Source: Verrucomicrobiota bacterium | Lineage (GTDB): Bacteria > Verrucomicrobiota > Verrucomicrobiia > Chthoniobacterales > UBA10450 | Reading direction: 5' to 3' | DNA: 64,000 nucleotides | NCBI GenBank assembly: GCA_003218945.1 | Contig: QHPE01000150.1 | Location: 665-64,664 of the forward strand | Part shown: positions 36,215 through 46,591 of the stretch, in pieces | Layout: every line of letters begins with the position of its first letter | Numbering within the stretch: the stretch's first letter is position 1 | The notes under the pieces: model-generated | Told to the model about the DNA's origin: nothing | The model's input: only the letters and a program-made list of their open reading frames with translations | Databases searched by the model: none | Translations under genes and position numbers: made by a program

Positions 36215-36619
36215 ATGTTCAAACCAACAAACAACAGACCTTCCGTCGCGAAGATTGCAGTTGTTACGACGTTCATCGCTGCTTTGGCGGTCTCCCCGCT
36301 GGCGGTGGCGCAGGAACAACACGGCGCCGACACAGCCGCCTCCAAAGAAGTGACCGGCGAAGTGATCGACATGATGTGCTACGTCGATCACAATGCGGTC
36401 GGCGAAAAACACGGCCAGGCCTGCGGAGCGAAATGCGTCAAGGGCGGCGGTCCGGTCGGGATCGTCAGCGATGGCAAAGCCTACCTAGTCGTCGGCGAAC
36501 ACAAGCCAATGAATGACCAACTCGCTGAGTACTGCGGCAAGACGATTACGCTCAAAGGCAAATTGGCCGAGCGCGGCGGCATCGCCATGATCGAGAACGC
36601 CGAGATCGTAAAGAAATAA
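36215..36619 (+). CDS. Small secreted Cys-containing hypothetical protein
   Basis: A signal-anchor segment (VVTTFIAALAVSPLAVAQ) leads into GEVIDMMCYVDHNAVGEKHGQACGAKCVKGGGPVGIVSDGKAYLVVGEH...CGKTITLKGKL. I could not assign a family. Confidence 0.6.
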   Translation: MFKPTNNRPSVAKIAVVTTFIAALAVSPLAVAQEQHGADTAASKEVTGEVIDMMCYVDHNAVGEKHGQACGAKCVKGGGPVGIVSDGKAYLVVGEHKPMNDQLAEYCGKTITLKGKLAERGGIAMIENAEIVKK

Positions 36620-36637
36620 TCGACGCGTTAACCGCTA

Positions 36638-36730
36638 GTCATCCTGAGCGGAGCGCAGCGGAATCGAAGGACCCCGCGGACCTGCTAGATCGTGTTGCGA
36701 TGGAATTCCTCGACTCCGCTCAGAATGACC
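36638..36730. repeat. Palindromic ~90-nt intergenic repeat, copy B
   Basis: The left arm is GTCATCCTGAGCGGAGCGCAGCGGAATCGAAGGACCCC and the right arm is TCGACTCCGCTCAGAATGAC. Confidence 0.8.
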
Positions 36731-36736
36731 GTGAGA

Positions 36737-39700
36737 TTATTTGTAGTATGGCCGCAGCGACGGCCGTAGCTTGCCGATTCGCAGAGCGTTTTCGACTTGC
36801 AAATCTGGGACATTCTTGTCGGACACCTTTCGAATCTCGCCTGACTCGAGCACAGCAATCGGCAATCCGTCGCGAAACAAAATCCGGTTCGCGGTGAATG
36901 CAGCCAGTCGCGGTCCGGGCGTAAGGATCCCTTGCAGGTTCAAGGGATCAGCAGCGCTTAGTGTAATCAACTCGCCATAGGACGATGCTTTGCGCGTGGA
37001 ACGCAACAATCCAATCGCTTCAGGTAAGGCAAATTGTTCTCCACTCACTCCGCCGACGAAATAACCGCCACGAATTTCGCCGCGTGCTTCCCACCGTCTA
37101 TACACTCGCCCCAGCTCAAACCAAGTGATGGGAAGAGTCTCTCGTCCGAGCAACCGGCGAAAAACAACTCCATAGCGACGCAATAACACCCGGGCGAATT
37201 TTTCGACCGCTGTTTCGCGTGCACCTGCACCGTTGGATGAGCTTACAGAGCCAGAAAGGCCGCAGCTCCTAGGCAACATCGACCAGCGACCTGCGAACTC
37301 GATGCTGGCAAGGTTTGTTCTGCGCCGCCGTTTGGCAATGTTCCGGCCGAACGTCGGACGTTTGTTCGAAGGCACGAGCAGAGCGCGCAACCCGTCGAAA
37401 CTGTCTGAAGTAACCAAACCGATAGCCGCAAGCTGCGATAAAGCATCTTCAACTTGAGATGGCAACAAGCCGGTGCGCCGGACCAACTCGCTAAAAAAAA
37501 GCGCGCCTCCACTTTGCAGTGCGCCAAGCACAGCTCGACTGGTCGCCGAAAATGCGATTGCCGAGTTCGGCAGGGTCAACGCGAGCCAATCGGGGAGATT
37601 TTCGCGTATATAAAGCGCGATTGGACTCGTTCGCAATGGCGCCGAGGCTCGTGCATTTGGATTTCGCGGGGTGCTCACACGTCCCCAACCAACTCGACCA
37701 GAAAAACAGAGCCGGTCGAGCCATTCGGGATCGTAATCGGCCACACGCGCAGGAAGCACCGCCGATTCCCACGACGCCAGTGGCAACTCGCAACCATCGA
37801 GTTGTTCCAGAACCGATTGCAATCCTTCCAAACTTTCAGCGCGGTGTTCCCTGTCGACGCGCTGCCACGCGAAAAGAAAACGATAAAAATCGTGAACCGA
37901 GACCGGCTGAATCGCTGCGCGCAAGCGATCGATAGTGAGCCTGTGAATTCGAGCTAACAATCGGCGATCACACCATTCTTGATCGGCCGCATCGGGATGA
38001 AATTTGCCGCGCAATACAAAGCCTTCCGCTTCGAGTGCGAGCAGCGCCGCGTCAATACCCGACTGTTGCGAGACCAACGTATCTGCGAGCTCGCTGACCG
38101 TAATTGGTCCGCAAACCTCCATGCGACCACGGACCAGTTCGCGAATCGCATCGGCGCGTTCCCAAGTTTTTCCGCGGACCGATTCGGGCAACATCAATTC
38201 GTGCTCAGCTGCCGCGTCGCAATAAATCGCCCGGAGCATTGGAATTCGTTCTGCAGCGACGTAAAAAAGTTTATCGCCAATCTGAAGTCGCGTTGCTCGG
38301 TCGGAGGCAACGAGTTTTTCAAATAAGTGCCCCGAAACTGCGTCGTTGCATTCAAAGGTAGCGCATGCGTCTCGCTTGCGTTCTAATTGCGGCGCAAGCC
38401 GGAGGCTCGCGCTACTCTCGCCGTCCGACGTTCGCTGAAGTTCATCGCGCGTCATTACGCCAACCAACATCAGCGCATCATGCAATTCGTCCGCGTTCGT
38501 CGCTTCGGGCCATGCTTCCGTCTTAACCTTATCGATCGCGGCAGCATCGAGCACACCGAGGCCGTCGCTGCCGTTTCTCTCGGAGGCGCGCCGCGTGTAA
38601 ACCGCTTGAGTGCGACGTTCTTCCAATGGTGCGTTGTCGAGAAATGCGTACGGACGGGCATTCAGAATCTCGGCCGCGAGCGGAGATGGCTCCGGCAAGT
38701 CGCGCGCAATACAACGAATCTCACCCCGCTCGATGTTGCACAAGACTTGTTCCAATCCGTCGATGTCCATCGCTTCCGTGAGGCAATCATCAACGGTCTG
38801 TTTCACCAACGGATGATCTGGAATCTCGCGATCGCCAACGATGTGCTCCAAGCACGCAAGTTGGTCCGGGAACACTGCTGCCAGAAGATTTTCCGATTCC
38901 ATCCGTTGCAGCGGCGCCGCGATTTTTGCGCCGCCACGGAAACGCGGGACGGCAAGCGAACGGGTTGCGTTCCATCGCCAGCGAATGGTGAACATCGGCG
39001 CGTCGAGCAACGCCTGAATAAGAAGCGCACGAACTGTTTTGGAATTGAGATAACGAAATACTTCGTCGAGCGGGAAGGAATGCTGCGTACCGAGCGAAAT
39101 CACGATGGCGTCATCGGTTGCCGCCGCTTGCAGTTCGAAATTGAACGAACGGCAAAACCGTTTTCGCAGCGCTAACCCCCAGGCGCGATTGATCCGGCTA
39201 CCGAAAGGCGCATGCAAAACAAGCTGCATCCCGCCCGATTCATCAAAGAAACGCTCCATCACCAGAGTTTGCTGTGAAGGAATTGCGCCTAACGAACGAT
39301 ATGCGTCCGCGAAATACGCGGTGATCTGTTCCGCAGCACTTTGCGGCACCTGGAATTCTCTAGTGAGCCAAGCCTGAATTTCGTCGGGAAAGCCGTCACC
39401 CTCCCCTACAGACAAACGTCTTTCGAATTCCATCCGAAAATCAGAAACGGCATGCGAAAGCTCGTTGGTTCGCGCCGGAGCCTCGCCCAGCCAAAATGGA
39501 ATTCCCGGTGGCTGACCTTTGGCGTCCTCGACCCTGACAACGCCTGAATTTATACGCAGAATTCGCCATGACGCGTTGCCCAGTTGGAAGATGTCTCCAG
39601 CGAGACTTTCTACAGCAAAATCTTCGTTGACCGTGCCTACGAAGGTCTCCGACGGCTCGAGAATCACTCGGTAATCGGCGTTGTCTGGAATTGCCCCGCC

Positions 39701-41185
39701 GGATGTTAGCGCAACGAGTCGCGCCCCGCGTCGGGCGCGCAAGCGGTGATTTATCGCGTCGTGACGAATCAGCGCCGAGCGGCGACCGCGCTTGGTGCTA
39801 AACCCTTCGGCAAGTACGTTTACGACGCTATCAAATTGTTCACGAGTGAGGTTTCGATAAGGCCACGCCGCAGAGACCAGCTCAAACAAATCATTCTCAT
39901 CCCAATCTCCTGTGGAAACTGCGGCGACGATTTGTTGGGCCAAGACGTCCAGCGGCTTTTCGGGAATCGTCAGTCGATCAAGCTCACCGCGATTGACGCA
40001 GCGCAGCAGCGCCGCGCATTCGATCAGCTCATCGCGAGTCAAAGGAAAAACGCGGCCTTTCGGCAGGCCGCCGCGCTTGTGCTCGGCGCGACCGATGCGT
40101 TGCAGCAGTGTGGCGATGGAACGCGTGCTGCCCAGTTGGCAAACGAGATCCACGGAACCGATATCAATCCCCAATTCCAGCGAAGCAGTGGCCACGAGCG
40201 CCTTTAACCGGCCACTCTTCAACCGATCTTCCGCATCGAGTCGCAGTTTGGCGGAGAGACTTCCATGATGTGATGTGACGGCATCGGCACCGAGCAGTTC
40301 GCTTAAGTGATGCGTCACGCGTTCGGCCATGCGGCGCGTGTTAACGAAAACCAGAGTAGTTCGATGTGCCTGAATTAACTCCGCGAGCCGATGATAGGCT
40401 TCCTTCCAAACTTCATTCGACATCACGGCTTCGAGTGGTGATTTCGGAATTTCAATCGCCAGATCCAGTTCGCGGCGATGACCGATGTCAATGATCTCGC
40501 AATCCGGCTTGCCACCCTCATCCACCGCACCGGTGCCGACGAGAAAACGAGCTACTTCTTCGATCGGTCTCTGCGTCGCAGATAAACCAATTCGCTGCAG
40601 CGGCTGCTTGGTTAATGCGGCGAGACGTTCCACGCTCAAGGCAAGATGCGCGCCGCGTCGGTCATCCACTACGGCGTGAATCTCATCGAGGATAAGCGTG
40701 CGCGCCGTGCGCAACATACCCCGGCCGGAGTCCGACGTGAGCAGTAGATACAGTGATTCCGGCGTGGTAACCAGAATGTGCGGCGGTTTTTTGATCAGAG
40801 CCTTCCGTTGCGCGGCAGTGGTGTCGCCGGTGCGCACTTCCGCACGCACGTCGATGTCGCAACCGTTCGTTTCGCTCAATAGCGCCCTAATCCCGCGTAG
40901 CGGTTCCTGCAGATTTTTGCGAATATCGTTGCTCAACGCCTTGAGCGGCGAGACGTAAACAACCTGCGTTTCGTCGGGCAAATCATGTTCTGCGCCTTGC
41001 CGGAACAGCGCATCGAGCGAAGCGAGAAACGCCGCCAGCGTTTTGCCTGAGCCCGTCGGCGCGGAAATCAATACATGCTGGGCGGACTGAATTGCTGGCC
41101 AGCCGCGAATTTGCGGCTCCGTCGGGGAATCGAACGTTTGCTCGAACCACCGCGCAACCGCGGGATGAAATCGGAAGGACTGCAT
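36737..41185 (-). CDS. lhr: Large ATP-dependent helicase Lhr
   Basis: The product is 1482 aa. The N-terminus reads [27 protein letters not shown]. The Walker A motif is APTGSGKT and the DEAH-type box is [10 protein letters not shown] winged-helix region and a long Lhr C-terminal extension follow. Confidence 0.92.
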   Translation of the reverse strand: MQSFRFHPAVARWFEQTFDSPTEPQIRGWPAIQSAQHVLISAPTGSGKTLAAFLASLDALFRQGAEHDLPDETQVVYVSPLKALSNDIRKNLQEPLRGIRALLSETNGCDIDVRAEVRTGDTTAAQRKALIKKPPHILVTTPESLYLLLTSDSGRGMLRTARTLILDEIHAVVDDRRGAHLALSVERLAALTKQPLQRIGLSATQRPIEEVARFLVGTGAVDEGGKPDCEIIDIGHRRELDLAIEIPKSPLEAVMSNEVWKEAYHRLAELIQAHRTTLVFVNTRRMAERVTHHLSELLGADAVTSHHGSLSAKLRLDAEDRLKSGRLKALVATASLELGIDIGSVDLVCQLGSTRSIATLLQRIGRAEHKRGGLPKGRVFPLTRDELIECAALLRCVNRGELDRLTIPEKPLDVLAQQIVAAVSTGDWDENDLFELVSAAWPYRNLTREQFDSVVNVLAEGFSTKRGRRSALIRHDAINHRLRARRGARLVALTSGGAIPDNADYRVILEPSETFVGTVNEDFAVESLAGDIFQLGNASWRILRINSGVVRVEDAKGQPPGIPFWLGEAPARTNELSHAVSDFRMEFERRLSVGEGDGFPDEIQAWLTREFQVPQSAAEQITAYFADAYRSLGAIPSQQTLVMERFFDESGGMQLVLHAPFGSRINRAWGLALRKRFCRSFNFELQAAATDDAIVISLGTQHSFPLDEVFRYLNSKTVRALLIQALLDAPMFTIRWRWNATRSLAVPRFRGGAKIAAPLQRMESENLLAAVFPDQLACLEHIVGDREIPDHPLVKQTVDDCLTEAMDIDGLEQVLCNIERGEIRCIARDLPEPSPLAAEILNARPYAFLDNAPLEERRTQAVYTRRASERNGSDGLGVLDAAAIDKVKTEAWPEATNADELHDALMLVGVMTRDELQRTSDGESSASLRLAPQLERKRDACATFECNDAVSGHLFEKLVASDRATRLQIGDKLFYVAAERIPMLRAIYCDAAAEHELMLPESVRGKTWERADAIRELVRGRMEVCGPITVSELADTLVSQQSGIDAALLALEAEGFVLRGKFHPDAADQEWCDRRLLARIHRLTIDRLRAAIQPVSVHDFYRFLFAWQRVDREHRAESLEGLQSVLEQLDGCELPLASWESAVLPARVADYDPEWLDRLCFSGRVGWGRVSTPRNPNARASAPLRTSPIALYIRENLPDWLALTLPNSAIAFSATSRAVLGALQSGGALFFSELVRRTGLLPSQVEDALSQLAAIGLVTSDSFDGLRALLVPSNKRPTFGRNIAKRRRRTNLASIEFAGRWSMLPRSCGLSGSVSSSNGAGARETAVEKFARVLLRRYGVVFRRLLGRETLPITWFELGRVYRRWEARGEIRGGYFVGGVSGEQFALPEAIGLLRSTRKASSYGELITLSAADPLNLQGILTPGPRLAAFTANRILFRDGLPIAVLESGEIRKVSDKNVPDLQVENALRIGKLRPSLRPYYK

Positions 41186-41381
41186 GGACGAAAAGGCGGA
41201 ACAAGTAATTTAGACATCCACGCAATAAAGAAAAGTGAAGGTGGATCGGCTTCTCCAAAGACGATGTCCATCGCAGAAGGCCAACGATTTCATTACAAAC
41301 GCGCTTTGTCAGAAGAATCAGGCGGCGAAGCCGCAATTGTTTGCCAACGCGTTGAGGACAACGCGTTCCACCTTTGTAAGG

Positions 41382-42095
41382 CTACGCTTGTGCTCGCAAC
41401 GCGATGACTTCGCGTAACATCCGCAGGCTGTCGCGGAAAAAACTAACTTTGCTGCCTTCAGCGTGATTCCATCGCACGGGAACTTCGCGGATCCGAAAAC
41501 CCTCACGTTGCGCCCTATAAAGAAGCTCGACATCGAACGCGAAGCCGTCGATCCGCGCCGCTTTAAGAATCGGTCGGCACGTATCGAGGCGAAAGGCTTT
41601 GAATCCGCATTGGGTGTCCCAAAAAGCGAGACCGGTGGCGAGTCGCACAAGTAGATTAAAAACGCGACCAGCCTGCTCCCGGCGCCACGGCTGATGAACA
41701 CCAATCAACCTGCGGTCCAGCGCGCGTGAGCCAAACGCGATGTCGACTTCGCTATTAGCAATGGGTTCGATCAGCTTCGGCGTCTCCTCAAGCGGCGTGG
41801 AAAGATCGGCGTCGGAAAAGAGACCGATCGGGCGTTGCGCTGCCAGTAATCCCGAACGGACGGCCGCGCCTTTGCCGCGATTCGGAAAATTTTCCACCAA
41901 ACGCGTGGCGACCTGTGCGGAGTTTAATCTCTCACGCGCTATTGCTGCCGTTGCGTCCGTTGACCCGTCGTTCACGACGATCAGTTCGCTCTCAGGCGCG
42001 TTTGTCGCGAGATAATCGAGTGTAACGCGAAGCGTTTGCCCAATGCGAGCCTCCTCGTTGAAACACGGAATCACGATCGAAAACGGCGGCAGCAT
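41382..42095 (-). CDS. Family 2 glycosyltransferase (polyprenyl-phosphate glycosyltransferase-like)
   Basis: The product begins MLPPFSIVIPCFNEE and contains VNDGSTD and FSDADLS. An alternative ATG at 42134 lies inside repeat copy C. Confidence 0.85.
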   Translation of the reverse strand: MLPPFSIVIPCFNEEARIGQTLRVTLDYLATNAPESELIVVNDGSTDATAAIARERLNSAQVATRLVENFPNRGKGAAVRSGLLAAQRPIGLFSDADLSTPLEETPKLIEPIANSEVDIAFGSRALDRRLIGVHQPWRREQAGRVFNLLVRLATGLAFWDTQCGFKAFRLDTCRPILKAARIDGFAFDVELLYRAQREGFRIREVPVRWNHAEGSKVSFFRDSLRMLREVIALRAQA

Positions 42096-42129
42096 GAGAG
42101 TCGTTAAACCGTTGAAGCGGGAAAAAAAT

Positions 42130-42217
42130 GTCATCTTGAGCGAAGCGAACAACCGGTGGAGTATTTTTCGGGCAAGGCTAGGGCGAAACCGAAATGTTTC
42201 GCTCACTCAAAATGATA
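42130..42217. repeat. Palindromic ~90-nt intergenic repeat, diverged copy C
   Basis: The left arm is GTCATCTTGAGCGAAGCGAAC and the right arm is GTTTCGCTCACTCAAAATGAT. The architecture matches copies A and B. Confidence 0.65.
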
Positions 42218-42267
42218 ATGCCAGGCTTTCCCGCTTGAATGCTGTGAGGCTTCAACGAATTACGACC

Positions 42268-43377
42268 TCATCTGTAGATCTCGACTACAAACTTTCCATT
42301 CGGATCGACGTAGCCGCGGTACATACCGTTTGTATTAAACGGCAGAGCAATGTCGCCATTCCTATCGATTGCGATCAAACCGCCCGTGCCGCCGAGCTGT
42401 TTCACAGAGTCCAGAGCGGTCTGCGCCGCGTCCTGTAATGTCATACCGCGGTATTTCATCAGCGCTGAGACTTCATGCGCCGCTGCAGCACGAATAAAAT
42501 ATTCGCCGTCGCCGGTACAGGACACCGCGCAAGTTTGATTGTTCGCGTACGTGCCGGCGCCGATTACCGGCGTGTCGCCTATTCGCCCGGGCAGTTTGTT
42601 TGTCGTCCCGCCGGTCGAAGTCGCCGCGGCCATATTGCCGCCCTTATCCAAGGCGACGGCGCCAACCGTGCCGTGTCGATCTTGATCGGTAATCACAAGG
42701 ATCTTGCCCACGCCGCTGGTGCGGTGTTTTTCCGCAGCTTTAATCCTCTGCAAAGCGTCCCAGCGTTCCTTCGTAAAAAAATATTTCTGGTCCACTAGGT
42801 CGATCCCATTTGCCTTTGCAAACGCTTCGGCACCCGCGCAATCAAGCATGACGTGCGGTGACTTTTCCATGACCAAACGCGCGAGACCTATGGGATTTTT
42901 GATGTGTTTGACGCTGCCAACTGCACCGGCTCTGACTGTCTTTCCATCCATGATAGATGCGTCCATTTCATTTGTGCCAGCGCTGGTGAAAACAGAACCG
43001 CGCCCGGCATTGAAGTGGGGATCGTCTTCGAGCACGCGAACCGCCGCCTCCGTCGCGTCGAGACTTGATCCACCGCGATTGAGAATTTCGTAACCCGCAT
43101 TCAACGCCCGCTCAAGTCCGCCGCGATATTCCCGCTCTTTATCCCGGGTCATCTTGCTGCGGTCGATCGTTCCGGCGCCACCGTGGATCGCGAGTCCAAT
43201 CTTTTTTGTTTCCATATTTCTGTTGTTCTCTGCGCGTTTCTCTGCTGGCGGTGTGGCAGACCGATCCACTTCTTCCGCAAACTGGAACGCCGAAGCAGTA
43301 ATGAACATCAAAGCAAAGAAGCAATCGGGTGCGCAAGCTCTGGCAATTCTCACCAACCCAAATCTAGTGCGGTGCAA
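42268..43377 (-). CDS. iaaA: Isoaspartyl peptidase / L-asparaginase (Ntn hydrolase)
   Basis: Motifs include AIHGGAG, HFNAGRGS, the autoprocessing site DRHGTVGAVALD and GDTPVIGAGTYA. The start is uncertain: the product could have a signal peptide, or be cytoplasmic if translation starts at METKK. Confidence 0.88.
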   Translation of the reverse strand: MHRTRFGLVRIARACAPDCFFALMFITASAFQFAEEVDRSATPPAEKRAENNRNMETKKIGLAIHGGAGTIDRSKMTRDKEREYRGGLERALNAGYEILNRGGSSLDATEAAVRVLEDDPHFNAGRGSVFTSAGTNEMDASIMDGKTVRAGAVGSVKHIKNPIGLARLVMEKSPHVMLDCAGAEAFAKANGIDLVDQKYFFTKERWDALQRIKAAEKHRTSGVGKILVITDQDRHGTVGAVALDKGGNMAAATSTGGTTNKLPGRIGDTPVIGAGTYANNQTCAVSCTGDGEYFIRAAAAHEVSALMKYRGMTLQDAAQTALDSVKQLGGTGGLIAIDRNGDIALPFNTNGMYRGYVDPNGKFVVEIYR

Positions 43378-43482
43378 TGCGATATGTCGAAATGTTTGAT
43401 CGAGGCATCGAAGCGTTGGAACCGTCGAATCGTCTGTAAGTTTGCGCTTTTCCGTAGGACGAAGTGAGGCAATGTCTCATCC

Positions 43483-44310
43483 ATGGCTAACGCCGAAGCA
43501 CGTCCCACGATGCGGGGACCGCTGGAAGTCGTTGAGATCGAGCGCACTTTTCTACGCGAGGTCGGCAGCGTTTTCTGGTTCATTGTAAACACGTTCCAGG
43601 AGACTTTGGAACGCGTGCAGCAGGGGCGCGCGCCATTCCGCGCAGCCAGCTTTTTCCGGGAGAGCGTACGGGCTGGTGTGAATTCGGTGCCGCTGGTAGG
43701 GCTGGTCTGCTTCTTTCTCGGGCTGACAATGGCTTTATTAACGGGCTATCAGCTGCAACGCTTCGGAACGGAGCGACTGATTCCGGGCCTGGTGGCCATT
43801 GCGTTTACGCGTGAACTTGGTCCGCTGATCACCGGGATTATGGTCGCTGCGCGCATCGGCGCCGCGTTTACGGCGGAACTGGGCACAATGCAGGTCAACG
43901 AGGAAGTGGAAGCGATTGAAGCCATGGGTATCGGCCCGCTGCGATTTCTCGCCGCGCCTCGAATGCTAGCGCTGTTTCTCCTGACTCCGTGTCTCTCCAC
44001 GGTTTCAAACCTTGCAGCCGTATTTGCGAGCAGCCTCGTTTGTAAAGCGTATTTCAGCATCGCGTTTCCGTATTTTCTCGATCTGGTAAAAGATTCATTG
44101 CTCATTCGCGATATCATCACCGGGATTTTGAAGAGCTTCATGTTCGGCCTGCTCATCGCCTCGATCGCATGCTACCGGGGACTCACTGTGAAGGGCGGCG
44201 CGGCTGGAGTCGGCACTAACACGACTTCCAGCGTGGTCACCGCTATCACAACCGTGATCGGCTTCGACACGGTTTACAATGTCATTTACACCAACTTCTA
44301 CCCGGTGTGA
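43483..44310 (+). CDS. mlaE: MlaE/YrbE-family ABC transporter permease
   Basis: Conserved permease motifs include GVNSVPLV, FTRELGPLITGIMVAARIGAAFTAELGTMQVNEEVEAIEAMGI and PRMLAL. Confidence 0.9.
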   Translation: MANAEARPTMRGPLEVVEIERTFLREVGSVFWFIVNTFQETLERVQQGRAPFRAASFFRESVRAGVNSVPLVGLVCFFLGLTMALLTGYQLQRFGTERLIPGLVAIAFTRELGPLITGIMVAARIGAAFTAELGTMQVNEEVEAIEAMGIGPLRFLAAPRMLALFLLTPCLSTVSNLAAVFASSLVCKAYFSIAFPYFLDLVKDSLLIRDIITGILKSFMFGLLIASIACYRGLTVKGGAAGVGTNTTSSVVTAITTVIGFDTVYNVIYTNFYPV

Positions 44311-45062
44311 GAACGCCGTCGCGCATGGTTCAGCTTCGCGAGGTGCAGATGCAGTTCGAGGAAAAAATAGTGCTCGAAGGCGTCTCACTTGACGTGCAGC
44401 CGCAAGAGCGCCTGGTCATCATGGGCCAGAGCGGAAGTGGCAAAAGCACAATTTTGCGCTTGATCCTTGGCATACTTCGACCCAATGCCGGCTCGATTTT
44501 TTTTAAACAGTTTGAAATCAACCGCCTTAACCGCAGAAAGCTTCAACAGGTGCGACAGCACGTCGGGATGGTTTATCAATATTCGGCGCTGTTAAGTTCG
44601 CTCAGTGTTCACGAGAATGTGGCACTGCCACTAGAAGAGCTTACTGACAAGTCTCAGAGTGAGATTGACAGGATTGTTGACGAAAAACTCGAGCTTGTAG
44701 GAATGCAGGACGCAAAGGACCTGCTGCCCGACGAACTCAGCGGTGGTATGCGCAAACGCGTAGCACTTGCGCGCGGGCTCGTGCTCGATCCCGAGCTGAT
44801 TCTGCTGGACGAGCCTTCAGCAGGACTCGACCCGGTCATTGCCACGGTTGTTGACGAGTTGATTATCCGCCTCACCGAAAAATCGAAAAGCGCCTTTCGC
44901 ATCGCTACGCGAATGGCTATGCTGTATGAAGGAAAGATTATTGAAGAAGGCGAACCCGAAAAATTCAAACAATCCAAAAACCCGGTGGTCGCACAGTTCT
45001 TGAGCGGCAGCACTGAAGGCCCGATTCTGGAAGGCACACTCGATGCAATTAGAAAGAAATGA
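44307..45062 (+). CDS. mlaF: MlaF-family ABC transporter ATP-binding protein; the H-loop segment is missing
   Basis: The Walker A motif is GQSGSGKST, the Q-loop is MVYQYSAL, the signature is LSGGMRKRVALARG and the Walker B/D-loop is LILLDEPSAGLD. After LTEKSK the sequence goes straight to SAFRIATRMAMLYEGKI, with no xVTHD segment. Confidence 0.88.
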   Translation: MRTPSRMVQLREVQMQFEEKIVLEGVSLDVQPQERLVIMGQSGSGKSTILRLILGILRPNAGSIFFKQFEINRLNRRKLQQVRQHVGMVYQYSALLSSLSVHENVALPLEELTDKSQSEIDRIVDEKLELVGMQDAKDLLPDELSGGMRKRVALARGLVLDPELILLDEPSAGLDPVIATVVDELIIRLTEKSKSAFRIATRMAMLYEGKIIEEGEPEKFKQSKNPVVAQFLSGSTEGPILEGTLDAIRKK

Positions 45063-46053
45063 AATCCTGACCGGGCTGCTCGTCATCGGCACGATCGGAG
45101 TAATCGCGTTCCTTCTGGTTTTGCTCGGCGCACCGGGATTATTCCGGCCACTGGTGACTTACCGGGTGTATTTCGACAATGCCGCCGGAATTAAACCAGG
45201 CGCGGTGGTAATGTTGGCAGGTCGCAAGATTGGCCAGGTCGGGAAGTTGTATTCACCAGTAACACCTGCCGAAGAAAAACAGGCGCAGCAAGCCGCGGCG
45301 GCGATTCACCCGCCCGAATCTGGCGCGAGCCCTTCGCCATCGCCGCGGTTCGAAGTACGCGTGGACGTGCAAGTGGACAAGAACGCCAAAGTTTACCGCG
45401 ATGCCAAGGTCCAAATGATGCAGCTCGGCTTGTTAGGCGATATGGCAATCGATTTCACCCAAGGAACTAAAGAGTCGGGCCGCGCGAGAGATGGTGAGAC
45501 GTTTTCAGGCGAGCGCACACCAGACCTCGGCGAGGCCGCGGCGAAAATGCTTGAGGTCATCAAACCGGTTGCCAACGAAGCAACCAACACCATGAAAGAT
45601 CTCCAGAACACCGCCCAGAATCTCAATAAACTCACCGACGAAAACTCCGAACTCAATCTCGCTCTCACCCAGTTCAAGACATTCGGCGAACACCTCTCCG
45701 GTCTGACCGCGCCTGACAGCGCACTCTCGCATTCGCTCACTAACATCGAAAAAATCAGCACCAGCCTGACAGACAACGACAACATCGAGGTGACACTGCG
45801 AAACCTGCGGAATTCGTCGGAGAAATTGAAGCTCGCGGTAACCGATCTCGAGCCCGCCGGCGAGAACATCAAGCAATTCAGCGAAACAGTAAAAACTCAG
45901 CCATGGCGGTTGATCTGGCCCACGACCAAGAAATATCCCGAAGCCTCACCCACGCCCGGGATCGCCCGGGAGGGACCAATCACCATGCGCAAGACCGTAA
46001 AGACGAAGCCGCATCCACGCGCTACTCCCGGCACACGCACGAGCAGCAGATAG
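45043..46053 (+). CDS. mlaD: MlaD/MCE-domain substrate-binding protein
   Basis: An N-terminal transmembrane helix (ILTGLLVIGTIGVIAFLLVLL) precedes the MCE domain (YRVYFDNAAGIKPGAVVMLAGRKIGQVG). A long helical C-terminus follows. Confidence 0.85.
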   Translation: MQLERNEILTGLLVIGTIGVIAFLLVLLGAPGLFRPLVTYRVYFDNAAGIKPGAVVMLAGRKIGQVGKLYSPVTPAEEKQAQQAAAAIHPPESGASPSPSPRFEVRVDVQVDKNAKVYRDAKVQMMQLGLLGDMAIDFTQGTKESGRARDGETFSGERTPDLGEAAAKMLEVIKPVANEATNTMKDLQNTAQNLNKLTDENSELNLALTQFKTFGEHLSGLTAPDSALSHSLTNIEKISTSLTDNDNIEVTLRNLRNSSEKLKLAVTDLEPAGENIKQFSETVKTQPWRLIWPTTKKYPEASPTPGIAREGPITMRKTVKTKPHPRATPGTRTSSR

Positions 46054-46098
46054 CCTAGCAGCGCCCTCAGGCGATTGACGAAGTCCTTGCCAGGCGCT

Positions 46099-46482
46099 CT
46101 AGGGGTTATAGGCCAGCTTGTGACTCGGCTCGTACAGCTGGATATCATCCGCGCCCGGCACAGCCATCATGACGACGCGGCCATATTCGCGTTGCTCAAT
46201 AGCCCCTCTGAACTCCGCTCCTTTTGCCTGTAAATCGGCAACCGTGGCCTCGATGTTATCGCACATCACGGCAATCAAGTGGTGCCGCGGGTGATCGTAG
46301 GTTTGGCCTTCCCATTCGCTGTGCGTCGGATGCACGCCCATCTCGCTCGGCCCCGATTTAAAAATGAGCCAATCATGATCAAAATCCTCGGTAACGTACT
46401 CCCAGCCGAACACGTCGCGGAAAAACGCCCGTGTTGCGTTCGCATCGTCGGAGTAGATCAACGTGTGGATGGAGGTAATCAT
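46099..46482 (-). CDS. VOC / glyoxalase-bleomycin resistance family protein
   Basis: This 127-aa protein has paired beta-alpha-beta-beta-beta-like modules (ATRAFFRDVFGWE, HLIAVMCDNIEATVADLQAKGAEF). Confidence 0.7.
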   Translation of the reverse strand: MITSIHTLIYSDDANATRAFFRDVFGWEYVTEDFDHDWLIFKSGPSEMGVHPTHSEWEGQTYDHPRHHLIAVMCDNIEATVADLQAKGAEFRGAIEQREYGRVVMMAVPGADDIQLYEPSHKLAYNP

Positions 46483-46591
46483 GACGTAATCTGTTATAAC
46501 ACAGCACCAAGAACATCAAGACGCTCGGCTTGTAAACCTGCCAAATGTGCAGAAATCGATGACACGAATAATTTCTGCCAAGCAAATCGAG

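Noticed and set aside
38387-39175. A 262-aa + strand ORF inside lhr
   Set aside because: It is antisense to a helicase gene with clear motifs, and it has no motifs of its own. It is a shadow ORF.
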